Of a DNA stretch of 64,000 nucleotides, positions 28,833 through 38,113 are shown piece by piece. Both the position numbers and the translations under genes were made by a program. Every line of letters begins with the position of its first letter. Position 1 is the stretch's first letter. The DNA is taken from positions 141,188 through 205,187 of the forward strand of contig JAFSEF010000053.1 of NCBI GenBank assembly GCA_017435865.1, given 5' to 3'. Origin of the DNA: Clostridia bacterium (lineage in GTDB: Bacteria; Bacillota; Clostridia; Oscillospirales; Acutalibacteraceae). The notes under the pieces were generated by a model. It saw only the letters and a program-made list of their open reading frames with translations. It searched no databases and had not been told where the DNA came from.

Positions 28833-29759
28833 ATGATTTATCAGAATATATTGGATGCCATGGGGCAGACTCCGCTTATTCAGCTCAATCGCATGGTTCC
28901 CGAAAATGCAGCTCGTGTGCTTGTGAAGTATGAAGGTCTCAATGTGGGCGGATCTATCAAAACCCGCGTTGCCTATAATATGATTACGGATGCTGTCAAA
29001 AAAGGCAGAATCACCAAAGATACAATTATCGTCGAACCGACATCCGGCAATCAGGGAATCGGTCTTGCTCTTGTCGGTGCGGTATTAGGGTATAAGGTGC
29101 GTATTGTTATGCCTGATTCCGTCAGCATGGAAAGAGAAAAACTCATGCGTCATTACGGTGCAGAAGTTGTGCTTATTCACGATGAGGGAAACATCGGTGA
29201 TGCCATTGCAAAATGCCTTGAAACTGCATTGCAGATGGAAAAAGATGATCCGAATGTTTTTGTGCCGCAGCAGTTTGAGAATCCTGCCAACCCGATGATT
29301 CATCGCCATCAGACCGGACTTGAAATTCTTGAACAGGTCGGCGGTCCGATTGACGGTTTTTGTTCCGGAATCGGTACGGGTGGTACTATTACAGGTATCG
29401 GTGAAACCCTGAAAGCACTCAATCCGGATATGACCATATGGGCAGTTGAGCCTGCTAATGCTGCGATTCTGGCAGGCGGGACGGTTGGTACACATCTGCA
29501 GATGGGAATCGGTGACGGTTTGATTCCTGCTATTCTGAATCAAAACATATATGAGGATATTTATATTGTGTCCGATGAAGAAGCTTTGCAGACGGCAAAA
29601 GATCTTGCAGCAAAAGAAGGTCTGATGTGCGGCATTTCTTCCGGTACAAATGTGGCAGCAGCCATTCATCTTGCCAAAAAGCTCGGCCCCGGAAAAACGG
29701 TTGTTACCGTGTTGCCTGATACCGCAGAGCGTTATTTTTCAACTCCGTTGTTTGATTAA
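28833..29759 (+). CDS. cysK: Cysteine synthase A-like PLP-dependent enzyme (fold type II)
   Basis: GQTPLIQLNR, GGSIKTRVA (PLP lysine context), EPTSGNQGIGLA, and GIGTGGTITG glycine loop. Confidence 0.75.
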   Translation: MIYQNILDAMGQTPLIQLNRMVPENAARVLVKYEGLNVGGSIKTRVAYNMITDAVKKGRITKDTIIVEPTSGNQGIGLALVGAVLGYKVRIVMPDSVSMEREKLMRHYGAEVVLIHDEGNIGDAIAKCLETALQMEKDDPNVFVPQQFENPANPMIHRHQTGLEILEQVGGPIDGFCSGIGTGGTITGIGETLKALNPDMTIWAVEPANAAILAGGTVGTHLQMGIGDGLIPAILNQNIYEDIYIVSDEEALQTAKDLAAKEGLMCGISSGTNVAAAIHLAKKLGPGKTVVTVLPDTAERYFSTPLFD

Positions 29760-29773
29760 TACACATAAATTAA

Positions 29774-29806
29774 GAGCGTTTCCGTTGCAGCGGAAACGCT
29801 CATTTT
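29774..29806. terminator. Bidirectional terminator between the convergent cysK-like and GH16 genes
   Basis: GAGCGTTTCCG / CGGAAACGCTC 11-bp stem, with T-rich sequence downstream on the plus strand. Confidence 0.7.
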
Positions 29807-29818
29807 ACTTATATGGAT

Positions 29819-30721
29819 TTATTTGTACTGATATACGCGGACATAGTCAACAATGAACTCAGCCGTGTCACCGGGTTCCATGCTCATTTTGCCTGTACCA
29901 TGTCTGTCGGCATGGGCAATGCCGTTGTCACCTGCAACTTCACAGGAGAGCAGCAACCATTCGGGATTCTGGCTGACACCACCTGCAGACAGCCTGCCTG
30001 TTTCAACACCGTTGATGTAGAAAATATATTCATTTTCATTCCATTCAAGGCCATAGGTGTTGTATTCTTCGTACGGATTGTTTGCATACCATTTGTCAAT
30101 GCTTGCGTTCTGTGTATCGGGACCGTAACCGTCATATACGATACCGCTGATGACGCAATCACCGTAGCCGATCCATTCATCCTTATAGAACATGGATTCA
30201 AAAATGTCAACTTCCGTACCGTCCTGACCGGAACCGTCCACATTCACAACTCCACCGTTCATCATCCAGAATGCGGACCACATACCTGTGGATTTCGGAA
30301 GAATACATCTGCATTCATAATACCCGTAGGTCTGTTCAAACAAACCCTGTGAGGAGATGCAGGCAGTGTACCAACCGGGTTTGTATTCTTTGAAATTGAT
30401 TTCATCTTTCCATTTGTCATAATAGCGGTTTTCAAGGGGCTCATCAAAATAGGCAGTGGTGATGATCAGGTTTCCGTCTTTGACCTCAACCATGTCTTCA
30501 TGCCAGTATCCGCCTTTGCGTTCTGTGACCCACCATTCGGTCTGCCACTTGGATCTGTCGAGTTCGGTGCCGTCAAATTCATCACTCCAGGTCAGCTCAA
30601 AGCGTTCCTCAAGATTGATTTCCTGTCCTTGCGGAATTGCCGGCAGATCGATCATGTGCGGCAATGTAGGGGAGATCATCATCATAACGATAACCATGAA
30701 TCTTATAATTTTTGCAAACAT
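29819..30721 (-). CDS. Secreted glycoside hydrolase family 16 (beta-glucanase/laminarinase-like)
   Basis: N-terminal signal-like segment, WSDEFDG, WSAFWMM, and catalytic GTEVDIFE (ExDxxE) motif. Confidence 0.85.
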   Translation of the reverse strand: MFAKIIRFMVIVMMMISPTLPHMIDLPAIPQGQEINLEERFELTWSDEFDGTELDRSKWQTEWWVTERKGGYWHEDMVEVKDGNLIITTAYFDEPLENRYYDKWKDEINFKEYKPGWYTACISSQGLFEQTYGYYECRCILPKSTGMWSAFWMMNGGVVNVDGSGQDGTEVDIFESMFYKDEWIGYGDCVISGIVYDGYGPDTQNASIDKWYANNPYEEYNTYGLEWNENEYIFYINGVETGRLSAGGVSQNPEWLLLSCEVAGDNGIAHADRHGTGKMSMEPGDTAEFIVDYVRVYQYK

Positions 30722-30834
30722 ACAAAACCTCCTTGTTTTTTTTCATTATAACAAAAATGACGTGAGCTTGTCAATCATATAATCTGTTGACTTTTTTCTG
30801 ATTTTATATAAAATGTAAGAAAGGAGGGATTGTT

Positions 30835-32262
30835 ATGAAAAAATTGTATTTGGACACAAAACACAGCATTTATCGTGCGACTTCCGTTCTTTTTATCATT
30901 CAGTTGTTTGGTGCATTAGGAGCAGGCTTCTTTTTTGTGATTCAGAATCTTTTTCAGACCTACCATGTATTTGGTTTGACAGGTGCTGAAAATGAACCGA
31001 CATTGTGGTTTGTTTTATTCTGGACAACGGACTTCTTTTTTATCGCTTTGGCGATTATTGTTTCTTATCTGATTGCAGGTTTGCCGGCCATTGCACCATC
31101 TATGGCTTTGAGTGTATATTTTGCACATTTTTCTGCACCTGCCACAGATGCGGAAAATATGTACCGATGCTTCTTTGCAACACCGCAAAACTATGCACAG
31201 TCCACAACAATAGGATATATGGGCTATCTCATTATGGCTGTTTCTCTTGCTTTGCTTATTAAGCTTTTGTATGCAGGATGGAGCAATCTGAAACCGATTA
31301 TCGGCAGGAAAGTTGATTCTTTGTTTGCAAAACTCCGTAAGGTCATTAAAATAATACCTGCTGATTTACAAGGATTGACAGTGATTGAAGGGGTAGATCT
31401 GATTGTTCTTATCCTTATTATCCCCGTAGCCTCAGCAGCAAGTGTTTTTATGCTTATTAAGTACGGTATTGAAATTCCTTATGCAGCGCTTGCAGAAGGG
31501 CTGACGGAGGTATTGACAGCTCTTTCTGAAACAAATGTCATTCTGATGTCAGTTCTGATGGGATTGATGGTCGGATTTGATTTGATCGGGCCGGCATCTC
31601 TTGCTGCATTTTCCGTTGCAACAAATGCTTATCTGGCAACCGGCAATGCACAACTGATGACAATCTACAGTGTGTGTTTCATTACCGTCGGCTGGTCTTC
31701 TTTCTTTGGTATTTTCTGTTGCAAAATATTTAAAAAAGGGAAGACTGACACAGATGACATGAACCTTGCAACAACAGGTCCCATCAATGCTTTTTTTGAA
31801 AATATCAAACTGACAACCGCTTTTTCCATGCCTCTTGCCTGCCGTAGTCCGCTGACCGTAATTCCCGGTTTGATGACAGGTTCAGCGATCGGCGGATTGT
31901 TGACAGCTTTGTTCGGTATTGTCAACACGGCGTATACAGATGGTTCTTTGCCGCGATATGCTACTGGCAATTATACATACGGCAATGTGGATTATACATA
32001 TGCCGAATTGTTTAAATCGGGTGAAATCTATATGAGTTTTACATTGCCTCTTCGTTCGGGAGATTGGTTGCATTGTCGTTTGCCGTTGTTTGTTATTATT
32101 CTTGTCAGTGCATTCCTCGGCGGAATTGTGACGATGCTGCTTAAACATGGTGAATATCGGTTCTTGTCAGCTCGTGGATGTTATTGTGAAACTACCGGTG
32201 ATCTTGTTCTTGAGATGCGTGAACACGGTAAAAAGCTTGCAGCACAACTGAAGGGACAATGA
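30835..32262 (+). CDS. Polytopic membrane protein, divergent PTS EIIC (fructose family)-like, stand-alone
   Basis: About 10 hydrophobic segments. GFDLIGPASLAAF and PLTVIPGLMTGSAIGG resemble EIIC-Fru GFDMGGPVNKAAY and RVIP..M.GSA blocks. No IIA or IIB nearby. Confidence 0.45.
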   Translation: MKKLYLDTKHSIYRATSVLFIIQLFGALGAGFFFVIQNLFQTYHVFGLTGAENEPTLWFVLFWTTDFFFIALAIIVSYLIAGLPAIAPSMALSVYFAHFSAPATDAENMYRCFFATPQNYAQSTTIGYMGYLIMAVSLALLIKLLYAGWSNLKPIIGRKVDSLFAKLRKVIKIIPADLQGLTVIEGVDLIVLILIIPVASAASVFMLIKYGIEIPYAALAEGLTEVLTALSETNVILMSVLMGLMVGFDLIGPASLAAFSVATNAYLATGNAQLMTIYSVCFITVGWSSFFGIFCCKIFKKGKTDTDDMNLATTGPINAFFENIKLTTAFSMPLACRSPLTVIPGLMTGSAIGGLLTALFGIVNTAYTDGSLPRYATGNYTYGNVDYTYAELFKSGEIYMSFTLPLRSGDWLHCRLPLFVIILVSAFLGGIVTMLLKHGEYRFLSARGCYCETTGDLVLEMREHGKKLAAQLKGQ

Positions 32263-32363
32263 TTTTTACAATTTCGGTTTACAATTATTTTTAAATATGT
32301 TATACTTTAAAAGCTGCTTTTAATAATTTCGGCACATAATTTAACAAATGAGGACTAAGAGAT

Positions 32364-33449
32364 ATGAGTGAAAAAATTATAAAATTCGGTGTTGTCGGCC
32401 TTGGTCGCGGAACTGCCATTGCTATTAATCTGTTTCATATTCCCGGAGCAAAACTGATTGCTGTTTGTGATCACAATCCTGCAATTCTTGCATCCGGCTA
32501 CAAAGAGCTCAGCGAAGCAGGAAAGTGTGATCCGCAGCAGTTCAGTGATTATGATGAAATGCTCAAAACGGATATTGATGCAGTTATCGTTGCAACGGAA
32601 GCTGTTTATCATGTTCCGATTGTTGTCAAAGCACTTGAGGCAGGCAAACACGTTCTGAGTGAAATTCCTTCCGTCAATTCTGTTGAAGAAGCAAAAATAC
32701 TCAAAGCTGCCGTGAATGCACATCCTGATCTCATTTACATGGCGGCCGAGAATTGCTGCTATTGGGCATTTATTGAAACCTGGAAGAAAATGCATGAAGA
32801 CGGGCAGTTCGGTGAACTTGTTTATGCGGAAGCTGAATACCTGCATGCATTGGATCCCAATGAGTTTTCACCTGATAATTATCCCGAAGGACATTGGAGA
32901 ACCGTCAATCCTGCAATCAAATACCTGACACATGAACTCGGCCCCCTGCTTTACATTATGAAAGACCGTTGTGTCAGTGTCAGTTGTTATGAATCGGATA
33001 TCATTTACAATCCGTATTTTCCGAACATCAAAGCGACCGGTGCTGCAATCATGAAGACGGCAAAAGGTGCAGTTATCCGCATTCTTGTCAGCTTTGGTGC
33101 TTATACAAGCTACGATCATAATTTCCGTATCTGCGGTACAAAAGGTTCCATCGAAACCGGCAGACTGGATGTTGTTGACAATGCATATTCCTATGCAAAC
33201 CTTCACAGCATTCCCGGTACATTCTCCAAGAAGATTGAGATTCCCGTTGCTTCTGCTTATGAAGGAGAATCCACCGAAGGTCATGGCGGTGCTGATGCCA
33301 AAATGGTAAAGGATTTCTACAATTGCCTTGCTGAAAACAGAAAGCCTGCATTGGATGTTGATTTTGCGATTCAGATGTCGCTGCCCGGTGTTCTTGCTCA
33401 TGAGTCAGCAGAACAGGGCGGTATGCCGATTATAATTCCTGAAATCTGA
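32364..33449 (+). CDS. Gfo/Idh/MocA family NAD(P)-dependent oxidoreductase
   Basis: N-terminal KFGVVGLGRGTAIA Rossmann motif and the EIP motif region typical of the family. Confidence 0.8.
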   Translation: MSEKIIKFGVVGLGRGTAIAINLFHIPGAKLIAVCDHNPAILASGYKELSEAGKCDPQQFSDYDEMLKTDIDAVIVATEAVYHVPIVVKALEAGKHVLSEIPSVNSVEEAKILKAAVNAHPDLIYMAAENCCYWAFIETWKKMHEDGQFGELVYAEAEYLHALDPNEFSPDNYPEGHWRTVNPAIKYLTHELGPLLYIMKDRCVSVSCYESDIIYNPYFPNIKATGAAIMKTAKGAVIRILVSFGAYTSYDHNFRICGTKGSIETGRLDVVDNAYSYANLHSIPGTFSKKIEIPVASAYEGESTEGHGGADAKMVKDFYNCLAENRKPALDVDFAIQMSLPGVLAHESAEQGGMPIIIPEI

Positions 33450-33456
33450 TTATAAA

Positions 33457-33483
33457 AGCCTCCTGTCGGTTCGGCAGGAGGCT
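33457..33483. terminator. Bidirectional terminator between the Gfo/Idh/MocA gene and the minus-strand GH operon
   Basis: AGCCTCCTG / CAGGAGGCT stem flanked by A-run and T-run. Confidence 0.7.
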
Positions 33484-33488
33484 TGCTT

Positions 33489-34733
33489 TTATCTTTTTGC
33501 GTCTTTTTCTTTGAATGATGCGAATGCTTTTTGCACTGCATAATATGACGGCTTCGGTCTGCCGTCATTGTCCACCAATCCCCAACGGGTCTCAGTCGGG
33601 CAATCAGCTTGCCCGCAGTAGGCGCAATGCGGAAAATCGGTGTAGCAGAACACGATTGCACCGCAAATGAAATCCAGGTTATAAAATCTGTCAAGAAGTT
33701 TTGTGTAAAACTTTGCCTGTCCTTCAGGGGTGTGCGGATATCCGGGAATCACCGTGATGCCGGGAAGCTCTTTATAAAGATGATTTGTCATATCTCCGTC
33801 AAACAGAAAGTCGGCATACCTGTTCTCATCGTGCTCGCAGACATTTTTGACATGATCTCCGAAATGCTTCGGAAGATTTTCCACAAATTGTGTTATGTTT
33901 TCTCTTGCAGCTTTTTCGCTGTCAAAGCCGTAGCTCTGCAGAATTGCTTTCTTTTCTGCCTTTGATTTCGGCTTGCCTGCACTGATGTAGCCGAATTCCT
34001 GCATCAGAATCGGTTTCTTTGTGAAGCTCCAAAGGTATCTTGCCATCACATCGAACAAAAACATAAATCCGGGAAGTTTGAAGAAGCAGCCGAGATACAT
34101 GTCAAGTCCCACATAATCGCAGTATTTGTGATAGGGTTTTAACCCTGCGTGCAGGTCTGCCTGCGGTCCTGCGGAATTGTAGCCGATGATGATATTTCCG
34201 CGGAAATCATACATTGCTTGCAGCTGCATTCCGATAAATTCAATGCCCTCTTTCATGTTCAGCGGTACGGTAAATCGCGGCATGCCGATTTCATTTGCCA
34301 CCTGAATGCCGTCGATCACGCCCTGCAAGTCCTCTACGGTAAAGCGAGCTGCCTTGCAGATGAGTGCCTTGCCATCCTCTGTGCGCGGATCAATGCCGAG
34401 GGCAATGCATTGTGACGGGATGGCGGTCATGACCATGATTTTAAGGCCGTTTGCCTTGATGGTTCTGAATTCCTCCTTGCGCCTGGTGTATTCCTCGCGC
34501 ACGTTGCCATCCTTGTCAAACGGAAACGGCACATCGGTGCGGATCCATTCTATATTAGCAGCTTTGACCTGCTCGTGGTCTTCACTCACATGACAGGCTC
34601 CACGGATAAATCCGAGTCTTTGGCGGATCGCTTTGGTTTCATCGGAATATGTTTTTGTAAAGTAGGATTTTATAATATTGGTCGGTATGTATTTTATGCT
34701 GTTGACGATCTGATTTTTCATAAATTCGTCCAT
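33489..34733 (-). CDS. Putative clan GH-A (TIM-barrel) glycoside hydrolase, unassigned family, paralog 1, with C-terminal Cys cluster
   Basis: VANEIGMP (candidate acid/base NE), ILMQEFGY (candidate nucleophile), terminal WGLVDNDGRPKPSYYA, and CAYCGQADCPTE cysteine cluster. Confidence 0.55.
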   Translation of the reverse strand: MDEFMKNQIVNSIKYIPTNIIKSYFTKTYSDETKAIRQRLGFIRGACHVSEDHEQVKAANIEWIRTDVPFPFDKDGNVREEYTRRKEEFRTIKANGLKIMVMTAIPSQCIALGIDPRTEDGKALICKAARFTVEDLQGVIDGIQVANEIGMPRFTVPLNMKEGIEFIGMQLQAMYDFRGNIIIGYNSAGPQADLHAGLKPYHKYCDYVGLDMYLGCFFKLPGFMFLFDVMARYLWSFTKKPILMQEFGYISAGKPKSKAEKKAILQSYGFDSEKAARENITQFVENLPKHFGDHVKNVCEHDENRYADFLFDGDMTNHLYKELPGITVIPGYPHTPEGQAKFYTKLLDRFYNLDFICGAIVFCYTDFPHCAYCGQADCPTETRWGLVDNDGRPKPSYYAVQKAFASFKEKDAKR

Positions 34734-34736
34734 GCT

Positions 34737-35981
34737 TTATTCCTCGCTATTCTTGACTTTACCGTAGATTTCCTTAACTGCATAGTATGCAGGCTTCGGC
34801 TTGCCTTTTTGGTCAACCAATCCCCAACGGGTTTCTGTCGGACAATCCGCCTGTCCGCAGTAGCCGCATTTTTCGTAGTCGGAATAGCAATAAATGAAGC
34901 ATCCGCACACAAAATCAAGGTCATAAAACAATTGAATCACTTTTTTGAAGAACTTTGCCTGCCCCTCGGGGGTGTGTGCAATGCCGGGGATGACGGTTAT
35001 GCGGGGCAACTCCTTGTAAAGATGATTTTTCATGTCGCCGTTGAATAAAAGCGTTGCGTATTTGCTTGCATCATTGCCGCAGGCACGGCGCACGTGCCCT
35101 GCAAAATGAGGAGAAAGACTGTTTACAAAGGCTTCCATATCCTTTTTTGCATCCTCTTCACTTTCAAAGCCGTAGCTCTGCAGAATTTGCTTCTTTTCCT
35201 GTTTTGTCTTCGGTTTTCCGTCCCCGATGTAGCCAAATTCCTGCATCAGGATCGGCTTTCTTGTGAAAGCCCACAGAAAACGCACCATAACAGAGAACAT
35301 GAACACAAAGCCCGGCATATTGAAAAAGCAGCCGAGATACATATCAAGCCCAACATAATCGCAATATTGGTGATACTTTTTCATAGGCAGATGCAGATCA
35401 AGCTGCGGTCCGGCTGAATTGTAGCCGATGATTGCATTGCCCTTTAACGGATGCATTTCTTCCAGCTGCACGCCGATGAATTTCACGGCCTCGTCCATAG
35501 TCAGCGGCAATGTAAAATGCGGCATGCCCATTTCATTTGCCACCTGAAAGCCACCCACGCAATCTTTTAAGTCATTCGCAACAAACCGTGCAGTTTCGCG
35601 AAGCTTTTGCTCGCCCTCGGGCGTGCGCACATCCGCTCCTAACTTTATGCATTCGGCAGGGTAGTATGTGATTGCCATGACCTTGAAGCCGTTTTCGGTA
35701 AAGCGGATACATTCTTGCTTGCGGTCAAGATAAATCTGTCTTACACTTCCGTTTTCGTCAAACGGATAGGGAATATCCAGTCGCACCCAACTGATGTTGG
35801 CTTCGTGCAGTTGTTTATAGTTTTCAGGTGCATGGCAGACCCCACGCACAAAACCTTTTTTTCGCAGTGCTTTCGTTTCGTCGGAGCTTTTTGCAATGAA
35901 AAACGATTTTACAATGTTGATCGGAATATATTTGATGCTGTTGATGATCTGATTTTTCAGAAAATCATCCACTTGAATCAT
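34737..35981 (-). CDS. Putative clan GH-A (TIM-barrel) glycoside hydrolase, unassigned family, paralog 2
   Basis: Collinear with paralog 1 (VANEMGMP, ILMQEFGY, CGYCGQADCPTETRWGLVD). The ATG at 35981 lies 2 nt (35984-35985) downstream of the GH43 stop codon (35986-35988); the track start at 36026 overlaps GH43. Confidence 0.55.
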   Translation of the reverse strand: MIQVDDFLKNQIINSIKYIPINIVKSFFIAKSSDETKALRKKGFVRGVCHAPENYKQLHEANISWVRLDIPYPFDENGSVRQIYLDRKQECIRFTENGFKVMAITYYPAECIKLGADVRTPEGEQKLRETARFVANDLKDCVGGFQVANEMGMPHFTLPLTMDEAVKFIGVQLEEMHPLKGNAIIGYNSAGPQLDLHLPMKKYHQYCDYVGLDMYLGCFFNMPGFVFMFSVMVRFLWAFTRKPILMQEFGYIGDGKPKTKQEKKQILQSYGFESEEDAKKDMEAFVNSLSPHFAGHVRRACGNDASKYATLLFNGDMKNHLYKELPRITVIPGIAHTPEGQAKFFKKVIQLFYDLDFVCGCFIYCYSDYEKCGYCGQADCPTETRWGLVDQKGKPKPAYYAVKEIYGKVKNSEE

Positions 35982-35985
35982 CCTT

Positions 35986-36933
35986 TCAGATGTGATCTTT
36001 GTATCTTTCAGCCGTGATGATGCCATCCTTTACATGCAGCTTGCAGATTCTTGCATTTCTTGCATCAAATGCACTTGAATCAAGTCCGTCTTCGTAATCT
36101 CTTGCGTGGTAAACAGCATACCACTGTCCGTCAAATTTGATCATCGAATGATGTCCCGTTCCTTCTTCGAATTCATTGGCAGCAAGAACAGGTGCGTAGG
36201 TATTCTCATCGGGATATTTTTCAAATTTAATTTTGGTTAAATCTGTTTCGTCTGTTTTGGCTCTTGCGTAGCCGATGTAATAGGTCGGTTGCTCATAGCA
36301 GTTGCCCGAATACATCACATAATGCCAGTCACCCTCTCTGAAATAGAAAGCACCTTCAATGGTGTGCCAGTGCTCGCCCTTTTTGTAGCGGTCGCGTCTG
36401 AAAATATCCTCATCGAGTGTCGGCACGACTACGGGAACGGGATTGCCGGCAGGTGTTTCGGGATCAAGCATGCGGTCTACGACAATATATGTGCCGGGAC
36501 GTTCACAGTCAAAGCGGTTGGTGGAATAAAACAAAAACAGTCCGTCTTCATTTTTCACAATATGCGAGTCAATGGAAAACGGATGCAGTATCTGCTTTGC
36601 ATCTGTGAACGGACCCAGTGGATTATCCGCTTTTGCTACATGCATGGTCTGTCTGTGTCCGCCCTTATCAGGAGTGTCATTGTAAAACTCAAAGGAAGTG
36701 TACATATAAAACGTGCCGTCAAGCTCAATGACGGACGGTGCCCAGTATTCACTGTGTCCGTTATGGGAAAAGACCTTGCCGTGCAGCTTCCATCCGTCGA
36801 ACAGGTTGTCCGATTCATAGGCATAAATGCCGTCGTGTCCTGTTGTGTAAATATAGAATCTGCCGTTGCTTTCAAGAATGTAAGGGTCTGCTTGTCCGAT
36901 GTAGTTTTCTTTGTTGATTGCAAGAAGATGCAT
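35986..36933 (-). CDS. Glycoside hydrolase family 43
   Basis: ADPYILESNGRFYIYTTG N-terminal beta-propeller motif, WAPSVIE, and GHHSMIKFDGQWYAVYHA. Confidence 0.82.
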   Translation of the reverse strand: MHLLAINKENYIGQADPYILESNGRFYIYTTGHDGIYAYESDNLFDGWKLHGKVFSHNGHSEYWAPSVIELDGTFYMYTSFEFYNDTPDKGGHRQTMHVAKADNPLGPFTDAKQILHPFSIDSHIVKNEDGLFLFYSTNRFDCERPGTYIVVDRMLDPETPAGNPVPVVVPTLDEDIFRRDRYKKGEHWHTIEGAFYFREGDWHYVMYSGNCYEQPTYYIGYARAKTDETDLTKIKFEKYPDENTYAPVLAANEFEEGTGHHSMIKFDGQWYAVYHARDYEDGLDSSAFDARNARICKLHVKDGIITAERYKDHI

Positions 36934-37022
36934 ATTTTTACCTCACTCAAATGTATTTCATCATGCGAATATGCCTTGTTTTGTTTTTTATCTTATCATG
37001 ATATTTCTTTTTTTGCAAGTGC

Positions 37023-37051
37023 TTGACGGAATTGCAAACTTTTAATATAAT
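37023..37051 (+). promoter_or_regulatory. Promoter (TTGACG-17-TATAAT)
   Basis: TTGACG at 37023-37028; TATAAT at 37046-37051. Confidence 0.55.
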
Positions 37052-37079
37052 AACACTGACAAAGGGGGAGTGATTGAAA

Positions 37080-38042
37080 ATGAGCTTCAAAGAATATTTG
37101 AATCAGGCACGTCTTGCACCCGAAGAGGGAGACGTCATCGAAATTCTTGATGTTCGCAGCCGTGTGTTCAGCAATGCACTTGTGAATGCACAACGTGAGA
37201 TTCCTGCAGTTTGCTGCAATTACAATGCCGATATCACCGCATTGTGGGAAGAATATGAAAACCTGAAAAAGAACTGCGGCTATGCATTGCCGTTCAACAC
37301 CCTGATGATCAGAATTCTTGTTGAAGGACTCAAGGCTGCACCCCGTCTGAATGCACATATCGAATACAAACATCTTTCTACCTCAGGCAGGCTTATTATC
37401 AAAAAACATATTGATGTTACCGTACCTGTTTGCTCGGATAAGGGCGAAACCATTCAGGTCAAGGCACGTCATCTTGAGGAAAAATCACTTGCCGAAATCG
37501 CTGCCCAACTTGAAGAACTCAAATATCGATTAAGCAAAACCAACACCAAACACGCCTATTTCAATGTTGCTGCAAAGCGTATGGCAGGCTATGCAGCCAA
37601 AGGCAAAGTCGGCACCACTTTTGCACAGTTTGTAAGTGCCTACTTCGGTAAAAACAAAATTGCAAAGTTTTCAAAGCTCTTCAAAAAGAAAAAGCATTCT
37701 ACCGGGACCCCTAAACCGAAGTACGAAGGATTACGTCCTGACGATTTTACCGAAGGGACGGTCTGCTTTACGAACTGGGGCACTTTGTATGAAAACTTAA
37801 ATGTGAACATAACCTATATTTCTCCGATGTATCCGTCTGTTTTTCTTCTTGCTGCCGGCAGAGTAAAGGATGAAAGCTTTGCGTTTAAAAATGAACAAGG
37901 ACAAGTGGATATCGGCACCAGGAAAGTGCTTCCGCTGACACTGATTTTTGATCACAAAGTAGGGGGAGCTGCTGATATCATGCCGTTTATAAAACGATTG
38001 GATGAGATTTTTGCAGCACCGCAGGAAATAAGAAATTGGTAA
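37080..38042 (+). CDS. 2-oxoacid dehydrogenase E2-type acyltransferase catalytic-domain protein, stand-alone (no lipoyl or E1/E3-binding domains)
   Basis: C-terminal LTLIFDHKVGGAADIMPFIKRL corresponds to the E2/CAT-fold DHRxxDG active-site block. GGGGGAG RBS. Confidence 0.6.
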   Translation: MSFKEYLNQARLAPEEGDVIEILDVRSRVFSNALVNAQREIPAVCCNYNADITALWEEYENLKKNCGYALPFNTLMIRILVEGLKAAPRLNAHIEYKHLSTSGRLIIKKHIDVTVPVCSDKGETIQVKARHLEEKSLAEIAAQLEELKYRLSKTNTKHAYFNVAAKRMAGYAAKGKVGTTFAQFVSAYFGKNKIAKFSKLFKKKKHSTGTPKPKYEGLRPDDFTEGTVCFTNWGTLYENLNVNITYISPMYPSVFLLAAGRVKDESFAFKNEQGQVDIGTRKVLPLTLIFDHKVGGAADIMPFIKRLDEIFAAPQEIRNW

Positions 38043-38050
38043 CAAAAAAA

Positions 38051-38084
38051 AGGTGACTTCCGTTGTTTGCGGAAATCACCTTTT
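38051..38084. terminator. Bidirectional terminator between the convergent E2-like and M28 peptidase genes
   Basis: AGGTGACTTCCG / CGGAAATCACCT 12-bp stem (one G:U pair) flanked by an A-run and TTTT. Confidence 0.75.
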
Positions 38085-38113
38085 AACATTATTCTGTGAG
38101 TATGGTACGCCGA

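Larger units (their letters stand above)
33489..35981 (-). repeat. Tandem gene duplication (two diverged copies of about 1.25 kb each)
   Basis: The two translated products align end to end, with well over half of positions identical by eye. Confidence 0.8.

Noticed and set aside
29813-30352. 179-aa plus-strand ORF.
   Set aside because: It is antisense to the GH16 gene, which carries the ExDxxE catalytic motif.
36289-37026. 245-aa plus-strand ORF.
   Set aside because: It is a codon-aligned shadow of the GH43 gene.
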